Assembly (NCBI RefSeq): GCF_009914755.1 | Contig: NC_060927.1 | Strand: one strand, 5' to 3' | Source: the human T2T-CHM13v2.0 reference genome, Homo sapiens | DNA length: 64,000 nt | The notes under the pieces: model-generated | Databases searched by the model: none | What the model was told of the DNA's origin: nothing | What the model saw: only the letters and a program-made list of their open reading frames with translations | Shown: one piece after another, positions 28,075 through 40,635 of the stretch | Numbering within the stretch: position 1 is the stretch's first letter | How the letters are laid out: each line of letters opens with the position of its first letter | Translations under genes and position numbers: made by a program

Positions 28075-29518
28075 GGTTTTATTCCAGGAAGGTAAGGATG
28101 GTGCAACATATGAAAATTAACAAATGTGATTCGTCACGTAGAATTAAGGACAAAAAACATATGATCATCTCAATAGATGAAGAAAAAGCATTGATAAAAT
28201 TCAGCGTATCTTCATGATAAAAACCTGCAGCACTGAAGAACTATACCTCAAAATAATAAAGGTTGTAGATGACAAACTGATAGCCAACATCATACTGAAC
28301 GAGGAAAAGTTGAAAGCAGTTCCCATGAATACTGGAACAAGACAAGAATGCCGACTTTTACCACTCCTATTCAACATAGTAGCAGAATTTCTAGCCAGAT
28401 AAATCAGGCAAGAGAAAGAAATAGAAGGCATCCAAATTGGAAAATAGGAAGCCATATTATCTCTGCTTGCTGATGATATGATGTTGTACCTAAAAATCCA
28501 GAAAGACTCCTCCAAAAATTATTAGATTTGATAAATTAATTCAGTAAAGTTTCAGGATACAAAATTAATGTACAAAAATCAGTAGCATTTCTTTATACCC
28601 CTAAAGACCAAGCTAGGACCAAATCAAAAGGCAATTTTATTTACAATAGTTACAGGAAAATAAAACACCTAGGAATATATTTTATCAAGGAAGTAAAAAT
28701 ATCTGCTCAAGGGAAACTACAAAACACTGATGAAGGAAATTATAGGTAACAAACAAATGGACAAACAAATTATAGGTAACACAAACAAACACTTCCCATT
28801 CTCGTGGATCAGAACAAATAATATTGTTAATATGACCATACTGCCCAAAGCAATTTACAGTTTCAATGCAATCCCTATCAAAATACCAATATCTTTTTTC
28901 ACAGAATTAGAAAAACAGTCCTACAATTCATATGGAGTCACAAAAGAGCCTGACGAACCAAAGCTATCCTAAACAAAACAAGCAAAAATGGAGGCATAAC
29001 ATTACCTGACTTCAAATTATACTATACAACTACAGTAAGGAAAACAGCATGGTAGTAGTACATAAACAGACACATAGACCAATGGAAAAGAATAGATAAC
29101 CCAGAAGTAAAGCCACATATGTACAGCCAACTAATCTTTGACAAAGTCAATAAAAACATACACTTGGTAAAGGACATTCTTTTCATTAAATGGTGTCAGG
29201 AATATTGCCAAGTGCAAAATAATAAAACTGGACCCCTATCTCTCATTATAGACAAAAATCAATGCAAAATGGATCCAAAAATTAAATGTAAGATCTGAAA
29301 CTATAAAAATCTTATACAAAAACCTAGGGAACACACTTATGGACAATGATATAGGCAAAAAATACATGAAAAATACCTCAAAAACCAAAGCAAAAAACTA
29401 GAAACAGATAAATGAGACTTAATTAAAGAAAAAGCTTTTAATCTACAGAGTGAAGAGACAACTTGCAGAATGGCAAAAAATATTTGCAAACTATGCATTT
29501 GACAAAAGACCCATAATA
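28075..29518 (+). mobile_element. L1 ORF2 (RT region), 3' end missing
   Basis: ORF fragments [30 protein letters not shown] and [19 protein letters not shown]; degenerate RT motif CTGCTTGCTGATGATATG. Confidence 0.93.
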
Positions 29519-29639
29519 TTGGACCTACTATTGATTCAAAGGATACTTTTAGTTCATTGGAACTCACATATATTTGTTTCACTCCATTATTTTTCAAAAC
29601 TTGTATATCTCTTTAAGAATTTGCTCAATTTCTCACTTA

Positions 29640-29686
29640 TTAGGAAGTAATTGTGCGTTGGTGCAATTACTTTTGCACCAACCTGA
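29640..29686. mobile_element. MADE1 (Hsmar1-derived MITE), deleted and rearranged
   Basis: Near-intact right TIR GCAATTACTTTTGCACCAACCTGA; left TIR present in pieces (TTAGG, AAGTAATTG, GTTGGTGC); flanked by TA. Confidence 0.8.
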
Positions 29687-30569
29687 TAGTAATATAATTC
29701 AAAACTATTGTTAGTATGTATGTGAAACTTCATGCAAATTTTAACCGTACATTAATTAATTTCTCAATTTGGTGCAATCACTACTTCTAAAATAGCCTCT
29801 CATTATTTGGAGAATGGATACTTTCTGTGATCTAGCTAAGTTGTCCAAAAGGGAGTGACAGTCTCTTTATATGAGCCTTGTCATCACCACCCTCACTTTT
29901 CTGGTCAAAGTGAGATTGATTCATTGATGAAACACACCTTATCCTAATCAGACCAGTGGAATAATTTCCCAGAGTTTCTCAAAATAGAACCAGAAGAGTC
30001 TTCCACACAATATACATTTACACAACTCTGTAAAAATATCACATACAGACTTCCAGGGATTCTATTTTGTTGCTGAGAGAATTTGCTGATAGAATTAAGC
30101 CAACACACCTGAAGGTTTCTGAAGTCCTTGCACTAATGACAGTTGATTTTTCATGCCCCTCTGAGATTCGTGCGCTACCCCAATATTTTCTAATACAATT
30201 TATTTTAGTTTTATTCAGTTTTGCAATAAGATAATTTTATTAATGAAGTCCTAATACTATCTTTTCAGAAATTAATATTTCATAGAATAACATGTATTAA
30301 AATATTGGTTGTATATCACATTGAGAACAAAATTATTTTGGCTAGCTTTAGAATATGTGAATGCTGTCTTTGCTATTCATTCTATTATGGAGTATTTTTA
30401 ATGTTGATGCAGTTTAAAAGTTGCCTATTTCCCATATTTGATTGCAAAATAAAATTGTTAAGTGCATTTTTAAATGTAATGTTCTTATTTTTACACAATC
30501 TATGGTTAAGGTAAAATGAATGAAGGAATGAATGAGGAATGAATGCTTAGTTCTACCCCTCCAGAAGCA

Positions 30570-30632
30570 ATGATGATGAGGAAGAAGGGGAGGAGGAGAA
30601 ACAGGAGGAAGAAGAGAAGGAAGAGGAGAAAG
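30570..30632. repeat. GA-rich low-complexity tract
   Basis: Run of GAT/GAG/GAA triplets. Confidence 0.8.
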
Positions 30633-31879
30633 ATTATGGAATCTTTATAATCTGAGTGATATATATTAATCATGAATATATTAAAAGGTATGTTTTAATT
30701 TTGGAAAATATTTTGTATAAAGTTGTGAATATTATTTTTTACTTAACCTTATATTGTAAGCTTCAAGAACTCAAAAATAAGGATTCATATAAATAAATTA
30801 TATTTTTCTATCTGAAAAATTTAAATTCAAAAGAAACTTCAAAATATTTATCCTTGATAACCTCTTTGGAAAATTCAGACTAATAACCCCAATAACCTCT
30901 TTGAAAGGTGTATATACAGTCTTTAAATTTGCAAGTTATAACTTGTCACTTGTTTTCTTGATTAACTTCTTGATGTCTTTCTTAGGTTAAGTTCAACATA
31001 AGATTCACATAATTACTATCACGTATCAAGCATTATACACACAGACACACACGTAAAATATAAAATCCAGCTACTTAGCTAGTTTCTTTCATAAAGCTAA
31101 TGTTTTAACTCCTACCATTGTTAGCTTTCTAGTACTTTAACTATTTTTGTGCATTACTTAGGAAGAAAAAATATATTGCTTTAGTATATAATTAGCCTTA
31201 TAATATTTAACTTAAGTGATTATAGATTATTCAATTGTACTCTGAAGCCAGTAGATTTTAAAATTTATTCACAATATAATAGTATTTTATATTCATTCTA
31301 ATAAGATCAATACAATTCTGAGTAGGTTAAATACAATGATGTATTATCAAAAAAAGTAAAGTTTTATTATGAAAGACATATTTTATTCTTTCACTCCAAT
31401 TCTTATTTCTATTTAATTTTGTTTTACTTCTTTCTATTTTCCCATGTTAAATTTCTTTTTTGTGAAAATTGAAGTAATAAGTCCATCATTTTCTCAATGC
31501 TTCTGAGTCATTGGTTAACTAATGTGTATATTGCTTTGCCTAAATAATCTTTCTATTAATAATGTAGTTATTTATTTGACTCATTATCCAAATAATTGAG
31601 CAATAATCCACTTCATTAATTTTGATTATGAAAACAAAATCAGGATTACTTTCTTATTTTCTTTTTCTCAATTATGTGCATCATTGATCCCTTTCTATTG
31701 ACAATATTATCCTACTATATTGCACTACTTATTTTTCAGGAGACTCAAACTAGCATATGCAAAATTATTAGATTCTAACACAAACTAGACTAAGTCAAGA
31801 CTTTCAACCAATAAATGATATTTTATCATGGCTGAGGAATTATAAACAGGTGTCACTAATCTTTAAGAATAAGAAAAGC

Positions 31880-31920
31880 TAGGAACAGAGCGAGACCCCA
31901 TCTTAAAAAAAAATAAGAAT
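31880..31920 (+). mobile_element. Severely 5'-truncated Alu (terminal ~25 nt plus A tail) with 15-bp TSD
   Basis: AACAGAGCGAGACCCCATCTT followed by an A run. TSD AAGAATAAGAAAAGC at 31865-31879 and 31921-31935. Confidence 0.85.
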
Positions 31921-32260
31921 AAGAATAAGAAAAGCCAAGGGAAGATTTTCTTATTGTGAAAGGAAGAACTACATAAATCTGCTTCGATGCCTGCCTTCTA
32001 ATTATCAGCTAATCTACTTCCAATATAAGTTATGTTATGCTATAACTTAGTGTGTGTTGATTTAATATTTTATTTACCTCATTTAGATAGCCTCCTAATA
32101 TCCAGTTTGTCTCTCTAGTGTTCTTTCATCATTTTATTCACATCTAATTCACCCTGCATATTGTTAGCAGATTAGTCTAAAAATTAATAAATAAAATAAG
32201 CAAGCAAAATTTTTGATCACTTCTCTTTACTGTTTAAGCAAAAACACTACTATCAGCATC

Positions 32261-32295
32261 AACCAGCCAACCAGCCAACCACCCAACCAACCAAC
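32261..32295. repeat. (CCAA/CCAG)n tetranucleotide repeat
   Basis: AACCAGCCAACCAGCCAACCACCCAACCAACCAAC. Confidence 0.85.
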
Positions 32296-33009
32296 AATAA
32301 ACACAAAAAGAAAGTCTCAGCTCCTAGGTTTGGTTTTCAAACACTTACAATTTTCTGTCTAAGCAACTTTTCAACCAGCTTTACTACCAATCCCTAGCAA
32401 AAACACTTACGAAACTAACCAGTTTTGCCATTTTTCTTAAGGCACAATGCCTTCTGAAAGCTCACTGTCCACACTGATATTTTATGTCCACTCAAGAACC
32501 AGCTTAAAAACCAACTTTTTAGTATGCAATTTTTGATGTGCTTTTGATCGTTTTATTCTACTTTCTAAATATTTAGCGTTCATACCACCTTATCTGATAC
32601 TTCTGACTCATCAGCTGGTAGTGAGTATGCATGTCATCTTTCTTAGTTCAGAGATATTTGCAGTCACAGGTTATATGGTATAATTTTGTACTTGTAGAAT
32701 GCCTGTCACGTGCATTTCATGTACTGTTAGGTAGTCTTACTGAATGCTAGTTACTGCATATTTTAAAAGTTTAGGCTATGCTAGGCTTTGGGATACAAAA
32801 GTTGAATAGAATTCTCCCCTGCAGATGTGTTAGATGCAAACAAAAACAAGGCAATTGTAACACAATTTCAAAATAATACACTTAGATACTGGTGATATGT
32901 ATACTTACTGAAATGGAAAACCTGAAGAGAAATTTGTTAAATTGTATCAACAACCTTGACAATATATGTGATGTGATTCAGCAATCTTACTTCTGGGGAG
33001 AATAAAAAT

Positions 33010-35635
33010 CAATTACAAATGAAATGTTCTTAGCATAGTTTACATTGGAGAATCCTTTCAGGTATTATAATAAGCTGAGATAATTGTAGAGTTTACCTCA
33101 TTTGTTTCCTGTCTTCAAACATTATTATGTTTTGCTGATTAAAATCTAATAGCTTGTATTATCTTTGTTTAAGATATTTTACCTTTCTTTTATAGTTGTT
33201 GCAAATAGTGAGGTAATTCAGGACACTGCTTCTATATCTTGGCCAGAAATAGGAATTTGTTATTTTCACTTTTATGTAATACATAAAAGTGTATTTTCAT
33301 TTTCATTCTTGTTGACCAAAACAGTCATGTCATTCTTGTTGACCAAAACAAAAGCAAAAACCTCTCTTTATCTTTGACTTCCAACAGTTTTACTATAATG
33401 TGCCTCGGTGTGTTTTTTTATATAATTATCTTGCTTGAGATTCTCTGAACTTCTTGGACATGAAATTTAGTATTTTTCATTAAGCTGGGAAAATTGTTAG
33501 CCCATATATTTTGTGTATATTTTCTTGTCTTCTCTCTATTCTGCTTCTAAAACTAAAATTACATATATATTAGGTATTTGATATTTTCCTTTCAGAATCT
33601 CTGATCTGTTTTGATTCTTTGTGTGTTTGCTTGCTTGCTTCTTTAGGTGATTCAGTTTGTGTAATTTTGATGGACCTATCCTCAACTTTACTCACTCTTT
33701 CCTCTAGTGAGTCCAGTTGTCCAGTTTGTTGATAGCTCCACTCACTGTAGAAATTCTTCATTTTTGATACCATATTTTCAACTTTTAGTATTTTGACTTT
33801 TTATAGTTTATTTTATTCTAATGAAATTTCTCACTTCTCCATCTTTACTGTCTACTTCTTTCACTATATTTTTAACACATGAATTATACTTACATTATCA
33901 ACCATGTTTGATAGTTTCAATGTCTGGACATACCTATTCCTATATATGTTGAGTACTTTATCTCTTCATAAAGAGTAGATAATCCTTGCTTATTTTGTGT
34001 GTTTCATAGATTTTTATATATGCCAGATATTGTGTGCAAAATAACTATAGAAATAGAGTTAATATGTATTCTTACAAACGGATTTGCCTCTTCCTTCAGC
34101 TCTCTCCTTGGTAGGCTTGAATCAATCTAGATTGTAATTAATATTCATTTAAGTATTATTGTTGCCATAACTACGTTCAGTGTATAATATGCTTCACATT
34201 CTTTCTGTGGTTGACAGCTTCTACATTATTTTAAACATGAGGCCAAAAGTGCTAGATGATTTTTCTTATTATTCTTGCTTCATATTCAGTTTTCAGCTAG
34301 ACCTGCACACTGGCTTCACAGACTTAATCTCTCCGCAAGTATTTGCCTCTCCTCATGCCAAGCAGCATCAGGTTAGTGGTGCTCTTTCTCCAGCATCAGT
34401 CAGATTTTGCTTCTTTTCCAAGAAGGATCATGGTGCTGGCAGATATTATGTTTATTCTAAGCTGCAGCTGATCACTACCTTAAACTATGTAGGGCCTGGA
34501 GCACAAATGGTTCTACTAGTACTTTTACTTTTAATCTCAGAATTCAGTAGCCTCTGCATACCTATTTCAACAAGTGGGATTTCTCGGACCTCATTCCCAG
34601 CTCTCAACCTTTCTCATGGATACTAACTGAAGGCCCACTGAAGAGGGCTAGTGAGTGGTTGTGAACTCCTCTTGTCCCTAGGACTTCCACCAGTTCAAAA
34701 CTCTAATGCTAGTTTATGCTCAGTCTTTAATAATTCACTGAAATTTCAGATGTTTTATTTACTTTTATGACTGCCACTTCCTTCTTCTACGTTTTTCCAG
34801 TTATAAAAAAATGTTCACATTCCATCTCTGTCCTCAGTGGCTTATAAGCCTTTGGAATTCAGTTCACTTGTTGCTTTGCAATCTCAGTGGATTCAAAACA
34901 TGTGATTTTGTAGATTTTCCAGATTTCTCCCATTGTTAGGTTGGGAGTGACCTTGGCTTTCCTCATTCTAAACTGACGCAGAACTAGTACAAATCCAGTA
35001 AATATTGGCAGGAGTTTGGCCATTGTAAAATTTATATGATAGAGTACTAAATATTGTTGTGTCTCCTTAAAGAGTATAGGACTTCTTTCAGGCCAATTGG
35101 CAATTTTGATACTTGCATTTTATCTGGATTTTTCTGAGGCTCATTTTATGCTCTGCTAGTGAGTTGAAAAGTAGGCTTCATTCTAGGAATAATTCAGGTT
35201 TACTCAGGCTTGGTCTGTATTGCGTATCCACTAAATTCACCCAGTGTCCACTAAGTGTCCAGTAGATGTTGTTCGCTTAGGATTCTCCAAACCAGCTAGT
35301 CAGCACACTAGAATATCTTCCAGCCTAACATGAGCTCTGGAAATTGATCAGATTGTATCTCCCAAGTCATTCTTTGTCTATTTTAATGGGGTTACAGCCT
35401 ACTCACTTGTTATTCATTATTGGGCTACAGATCCAAGGGTAAACACATCCGTTTTTTGGAGATGCTCTTTTCTGTGTACCTTCCTTCTGTCTGGTCTTCT
35501 ACTGGGCATACTATAGGTGCATCCACCTTCTCAAACTCTGATCTTTTCCTCAACCACTGAAGCTACTAGTCTGTATCGTTATCTAAAAGCTACCTCCAGG
35601 CAGAAAGCCAAGGATATTGTAGGATTCATCAGTTT
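33010..35635 (-). mobile_element. Old L1 (L1M/HAL1-type) ORF1 and 5' region
   Basis: ORF 33570..33773 contains LDSLEERVSKVEDRSIKITQTE, like the L1 ORF1p coiled coil. Typical antisense ORF1 sequence CAGTTTTACTATAATGTGCCTCGGTGTG. Boundaries approximate. Confidence 0.7.
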
Positions 35636-35669
35636 TCATTAAAGAAATTCTTTTTCTAATGAATTATTG

Positions 35670-36467
35670 TGTCAACGAAAAGAGTCAAACTCCGTAAAAT
35701 ATTTGAAGAGATTTATTTTGAGCCAAATATGAGTGACCATGGCCCATGACACAGCCCTCAGGAGGTCCTGAAAGCATGTGCCCAAGGTGGTCTGGGCACA
35801 GATTGGTTTTATACATTTTAAAGAGGCATGAGACATCAATCAAATACATTTATGAAATACATTGGTTTGGTTCAGAAAGTGGGGCAACTCAAAGTGGGGT
35901 GGGGTGGGAGGTGTGGCTTCCAGGCTATAGGTAAATTTAAACATTTTCTGATTGACAATTGGTTGAGTTTTTCCAAAGACCTGGGATAAACAGAAAGGAA
36001 ATGTTCAGGTTAAGATAAAAGACTGGGGAGACCACAGTTCTTTTGAAGTCTCACAGTGGCTGCCCTTAGAGACAATAGATGACAAGTGTTTTCTATTCAG
36101 ACCTTTAAAAGGTGTTGGACTCTCAGTTAATCCCTTCAGGATTGGGAGGGCCTGGAAGAAAAAGATCTAGCTATGCTAATAGAGATTTTTTACAGATGCA
36201 CATTTTCCCCCACAAAGGACAGCTTTGCAGGGACATTTCAAGAGATGGCAAAGAGACATGTTTTGGGGTAAAATATTTTGATTTTTTTCCTTGTCTCATA
36301 ATGTTATGCCAGAGTCAGGATGGAAACTAACTCACAATATATAGATTTAAATAAAAGCCATCTGATGAGAATTTATGGTTTGTAGGGCATGACTCCCCAG
36401 ACCCTTTCGATAGAAATGTGGTCAAGATTAAAAAAAAAAAAAAAAAAAAAAAAAAACTTATTCCTCA
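35670..36467 (-). mobile_element. MER4-family (MER4D/E-like) ERV1 solo LTR
   Basis: TGTCAACGAAAAGAGTCAAACTCCGTAAAATATTTGAAGAGATTTATT ... CAGCCCTCAGGAGGTCCTGA ... CTTATTCCTCA. Confidence 0.88.
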
Positions 36468-36514
36468 ACAGTCATGTTCTGAAATTAATTGTCTTTTTTT
36501 TTTAAACAATGTAC

Positions 36515-36955
36515 TGTATTAGTCAGGGTTCTCTAGGTGGACAGAATTAATGGAATTTATTCTAAACTAAAGGGGAGTTTATTAAGTATTAACTCATACA
36601 ATCACAAGGTCCCACAATAGGCTGTCTGCAGGCTGAGGAGTAAGAAGAGCTGGTCGGAGTTCCCAAACTGAAAAACCTGGAGTCTGATGTTCGAGGGTGG
36701 GAAGCATCCAGCAAGGAGAAAGATGTAGGCTGGGAGGCTTGGCCAGTCTCTCTTTTCACATTTTTTTGTCTGCTTACATTCTAGACACTGGCAGCTGATT
36801 AGATTGTGCCCACCCAGGTTAAGGGTGGGTCTGCCTTTTCCAGCCCACTGACTCAAATAATAATCTTCTTTGGCAACACCCTCATAGACACACCCAGGAT
36901 CAATAATTTGTATCCTTCAACCCAATCAAGTTGACACTCAGTATTAACCATCATA
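36515..36955 (-). mobile_element. MLT2A (HERV-L) solo LTR
   Basis: TGTATTAGTCAGGGTTCTCTAG ... CAAGTTGACACTCAGTATTAACCATCATA. Perfect 5-bp TSD TGTAC at 36510-36514 and 36956-36960. Confidence 0.95.
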
Positions 36956-39900
36956 TGTACTTTATCAGATTTTTAGTTGCTCATGGAGGAAGGTAAAGGT
37001 GGTGGCCAAGAACTCCATCATGGCCACAAGTAAAAGGCTTTTAAATGCTGTTATGCACTGAAATTTCCTCTTCTCTGCTGGAATTTTCTCAAGATAATTT
37101 ACACATATTATGAAAGCTTTTGTTTGACCTTGCAGGTTTGCATAAATTTAAAAATTTGTCTCTTATATTCTAGTGATGTGATTATTAATCATACTTTGCT
37201 TTAATAGGAATCTTTTAAAATTTTGATAGAGTACACAATAAATTGTCAAATGAATGCCACATTATGTAATCTTTTATTTCCAGAACATTATATGTTTCTG
37301 TTTAACTTTTCATTTCATAAATGTTGCTATTTTATCTTTATAGCTTATAAAACTGTTATCTATAATTTTTAAATTTTTTTCTGTAGAATATGCAAACATT
37401 CTTTTGGTATTGATCTTTGAGAATCGGTCTATATAGATGTATGTATTTTCTCTACTACATAAAGCTTGTATAACCAATATTTTTGCATGAAAATGCAATG
37501 GCAGGAAGCCACTCATCATTTAACAAGTGAAGTCTGGCTCATGCAGGTAGTGCACTTACCTTATTAAAATGGTCCTTTAAGGCATTACTTAATCAAAAAA
37601 TTGAACATATGGAGAAACGAATCTCTAGCACTTTAATTTAATTGTTACAGAAAATACTATATTAACTGCTGATCCTTTGAGAAATTCAGAAGAAGAGAAA
37701 ATATTGCCTCTCCATAAAAGCACTGGCAACTTCCTATTGAGTTGGGAAAGGCAGTATATGTACCCATCCAACAAGCACTAATTTATCAGATAATTAAGTA
37801 AAAAGCTATAGGTGTTTGCATTTCAATTTGAAATAAGGCTTGATGTAATAAATCAAAAGAAAAAATCAAATAATTGCTATCTATTTAAAACATTTTTACG
37901 TTATGGAATATAGCTATTGAAGTAAACTAAAGAATGAAATCAACATATTGCTTGGTGAATTAAATTAGTACGGTGTGACACTGCGGATTATATAAAGCCT
38001 GAAATGCATTCCTTTGCTACGAAGTCAAATTAAAGGTTTCATTAGTGCCAATATGGATGCGGCTGTGTTGTTTGATTTTATGCATGTGGATATTTCACAA
38101 ACTGCTATTTTATTTATATCCACATACAAGTGACCAAAAGAAGGTACAACTGAGTGTTTTACAAGTAATACATCATCAATTCCCAGAAATCATTTAGCCT
38201 TTCCTTCTCCAATTTCCTGAGAAAATTTTTGAAAGGAATAAAACTCTACACTACTCCAAATATGAATTTCTTCCAACTAAGTTTTGCTACACAACACAAT
38301 TTGTCTTTGTTAGAAATACCATGCGTAGTATAATAACTTATGCTTTTATTACCAATTGTTTCTCAGACCAAATTATAAGGTGGAAAGTCAATTATTTAAA
38401 TTCTGTCTTATTGCCTTTGTAATTTAGAAAGGAACAAAGAAGTGAAGAACTGGAAAATGGCAGTAAAATATCACAATTGGGAAGTATGACATGATTATCT
38501 ACAGCCAGATACCAGTAATACTCTTGGTTGGCCTACATTTTACCCTCAGGATATTATGAGAGATGCTGGAAAAATTCTTAGATAAATGTAATAAGTAGTC
38601 AGCTTGGGTTAACCAAATAGAGGTGGCTGCCTTACTTGTCACTGGCATTATGTAAGATTGTATGACATGGGGATATAAGGTGAGAATTTGTCCTTTGGCA
38701 AAATCATTAGTGCAGTCTATGAGATGCCCCCTCAATTTGCAACTTACTATGTCCATCAGTAATATTTGGATTATAATATTTTCTATTTAAAAATTTCCCC
38801 AAGGATAGCAATCACCTAGTCAAAGAATCCTAACTGACAAAATTTTTTTGAGTATATGAATTTTATAATTGGAATCTAGTCTCAGAGCCTTGCCCTCAAG
38901 GAGCATTTTCAAATAAACATCCTCAATAAATTATTAGATATAGCCTGTATATTTAATCTGTATTAAGACAGATTATTACTTTCTTTTTGCACATTTTTTG
39001 TAAGCATCACATTCATGGATAAATTAATTGTGTCAATAATCGAGGGTGTGCTTACTTAATGACACTAAAATATATTTTGTTAAATTAGCAAACTGTAGCT
39101 AATAAATGGTTCACCATCTTTTTGTAAGCATCCATCTTAAAGATATAGAGATAGGAACTTAGAAAATTTTAACTTCAGGCAGATTACCCAGATCGTCAAT
39201 GGTAAAATAGAAGTCTGACAGTAAAGGTTTGCTCTTAATCATTATCCCATGTTGTCTTTGATATTTTCTCAACGTTAATTTTTTTACTGAACTAAATGAG
39301 TTGTATCAAGCGGCAACTGACACAGAGTATATGCTCAATTCTGAGGATTCTATTAGTTGTTTTGCAATATGGTATTTCCCTTATTGGCTTCATGTATATT
39401 AAAAAGGGTCATTTTCTTTTTTTTAGGCAAATATACTGCCAATAAAACACATGAACAAAAGTACCAACTAAGGGGCTGCCAAGGCTCTTAGTTACCTTAA
39501 TAGTCATCAGAAATCAAGGTCTGTTTTAAAACAAAATGTTGATTACCCATCAGCACAATTTTAAGATGAAGTATGAAAATAAGAAATAACTGATCCTTGC
39601 TCATATAATAGCTTCCTGGTGACATGGCATGAATCGTACCTTGTAGATCCTTTCCAACTATATTTGTGATCTTCCCTTGAAGTATTATTTGCATTTGTTG
39701 GTAATATTTTAATTAGAGAATGGTAATATAACCTGTCTTTGCATGTACTGATAATAATGATTAAGAAAAAATAGTTCAATGCAATACCATTTTCTAAAAC
39801 TTTTTGAATTTATGTGTAATTAATTCAAAAAATTCTATTCTGATTGATGAGTCATATTATATTTTATGGCATTGTTGTGAAATTATAGCTTATGGATTGG

Positions 39901-40489
39901 AACATATTACTGCAGGGGTTTTACTGTTCTTTCCAGGAAAACTCTTGACCTTTTTATCTCTTTGTAAAACGTGTGCACAATTTTATACTTTCATTTTGTC
40001 TCGCTGTTCATATTTTATTCTCTTTTAAACTGCCTTACTTACATAAATCACTCTCTTTAGATTTGGGATTAGTAATTTCATATAAGACAGGAGCAATTTG
40101 ATGGGCAATCCAATCTTATTTTTGTAAGGTTAAAAAAAGACAGGTGTCTTAGGTATCTGTCTGAACTAATTTAAATGATTGCATTTCAAGTGTAAATGAA
40201 TCAAGAATCTTCCATGTTACTAAGTAACAAAATTCCTAGGCTAATCATTGTTCAGGAAATATAAATATTAATGGATGCTCTCTAGTTTCTCTTGGCCCAA
40301 TGTGAATTTGTTATCCTTGATATCTACCTATTAATGTCTCCTAAATCAGCATGCTTTAATAAAAAAAAAATATAGATACTATACACACAGTAGCCATAAC
40401 ATTGTGGAAAGGTAAAATCAACAATATATTAATGACAATGATAGAAAAAAAAAAAGGAAACATGATGACTACAGGTATAAACTTTGGTG

Positions 40490-40625
40490 TCAAAAAGTAA
40501 TTAACTTGATGCTATTAGCCACTTCTTAATAGCTTGGTGATATGAGACAGTTATAAATACTTTTTAAAATAATTCTTCACCACAAAATGGGTCTAATAGT
40601 GGCTACTATTAAGCTTCTATTGAGC
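40490..40625 (+). mobile_element. MIR fragment
   Basis: GCCACTTCTTAATAGCTTGGTGA ... AAAATGGGTCTAATAGT. Confidence 0.5.
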
Positions 40626-40635
40626 AAGTGACACT

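Noticed and set aside
34180-34626. 148-aa ORF
   Set aside because: Lies antisense within an old L1 5' region, has a non-ATG start, and shows no recognisable domain or splice context.
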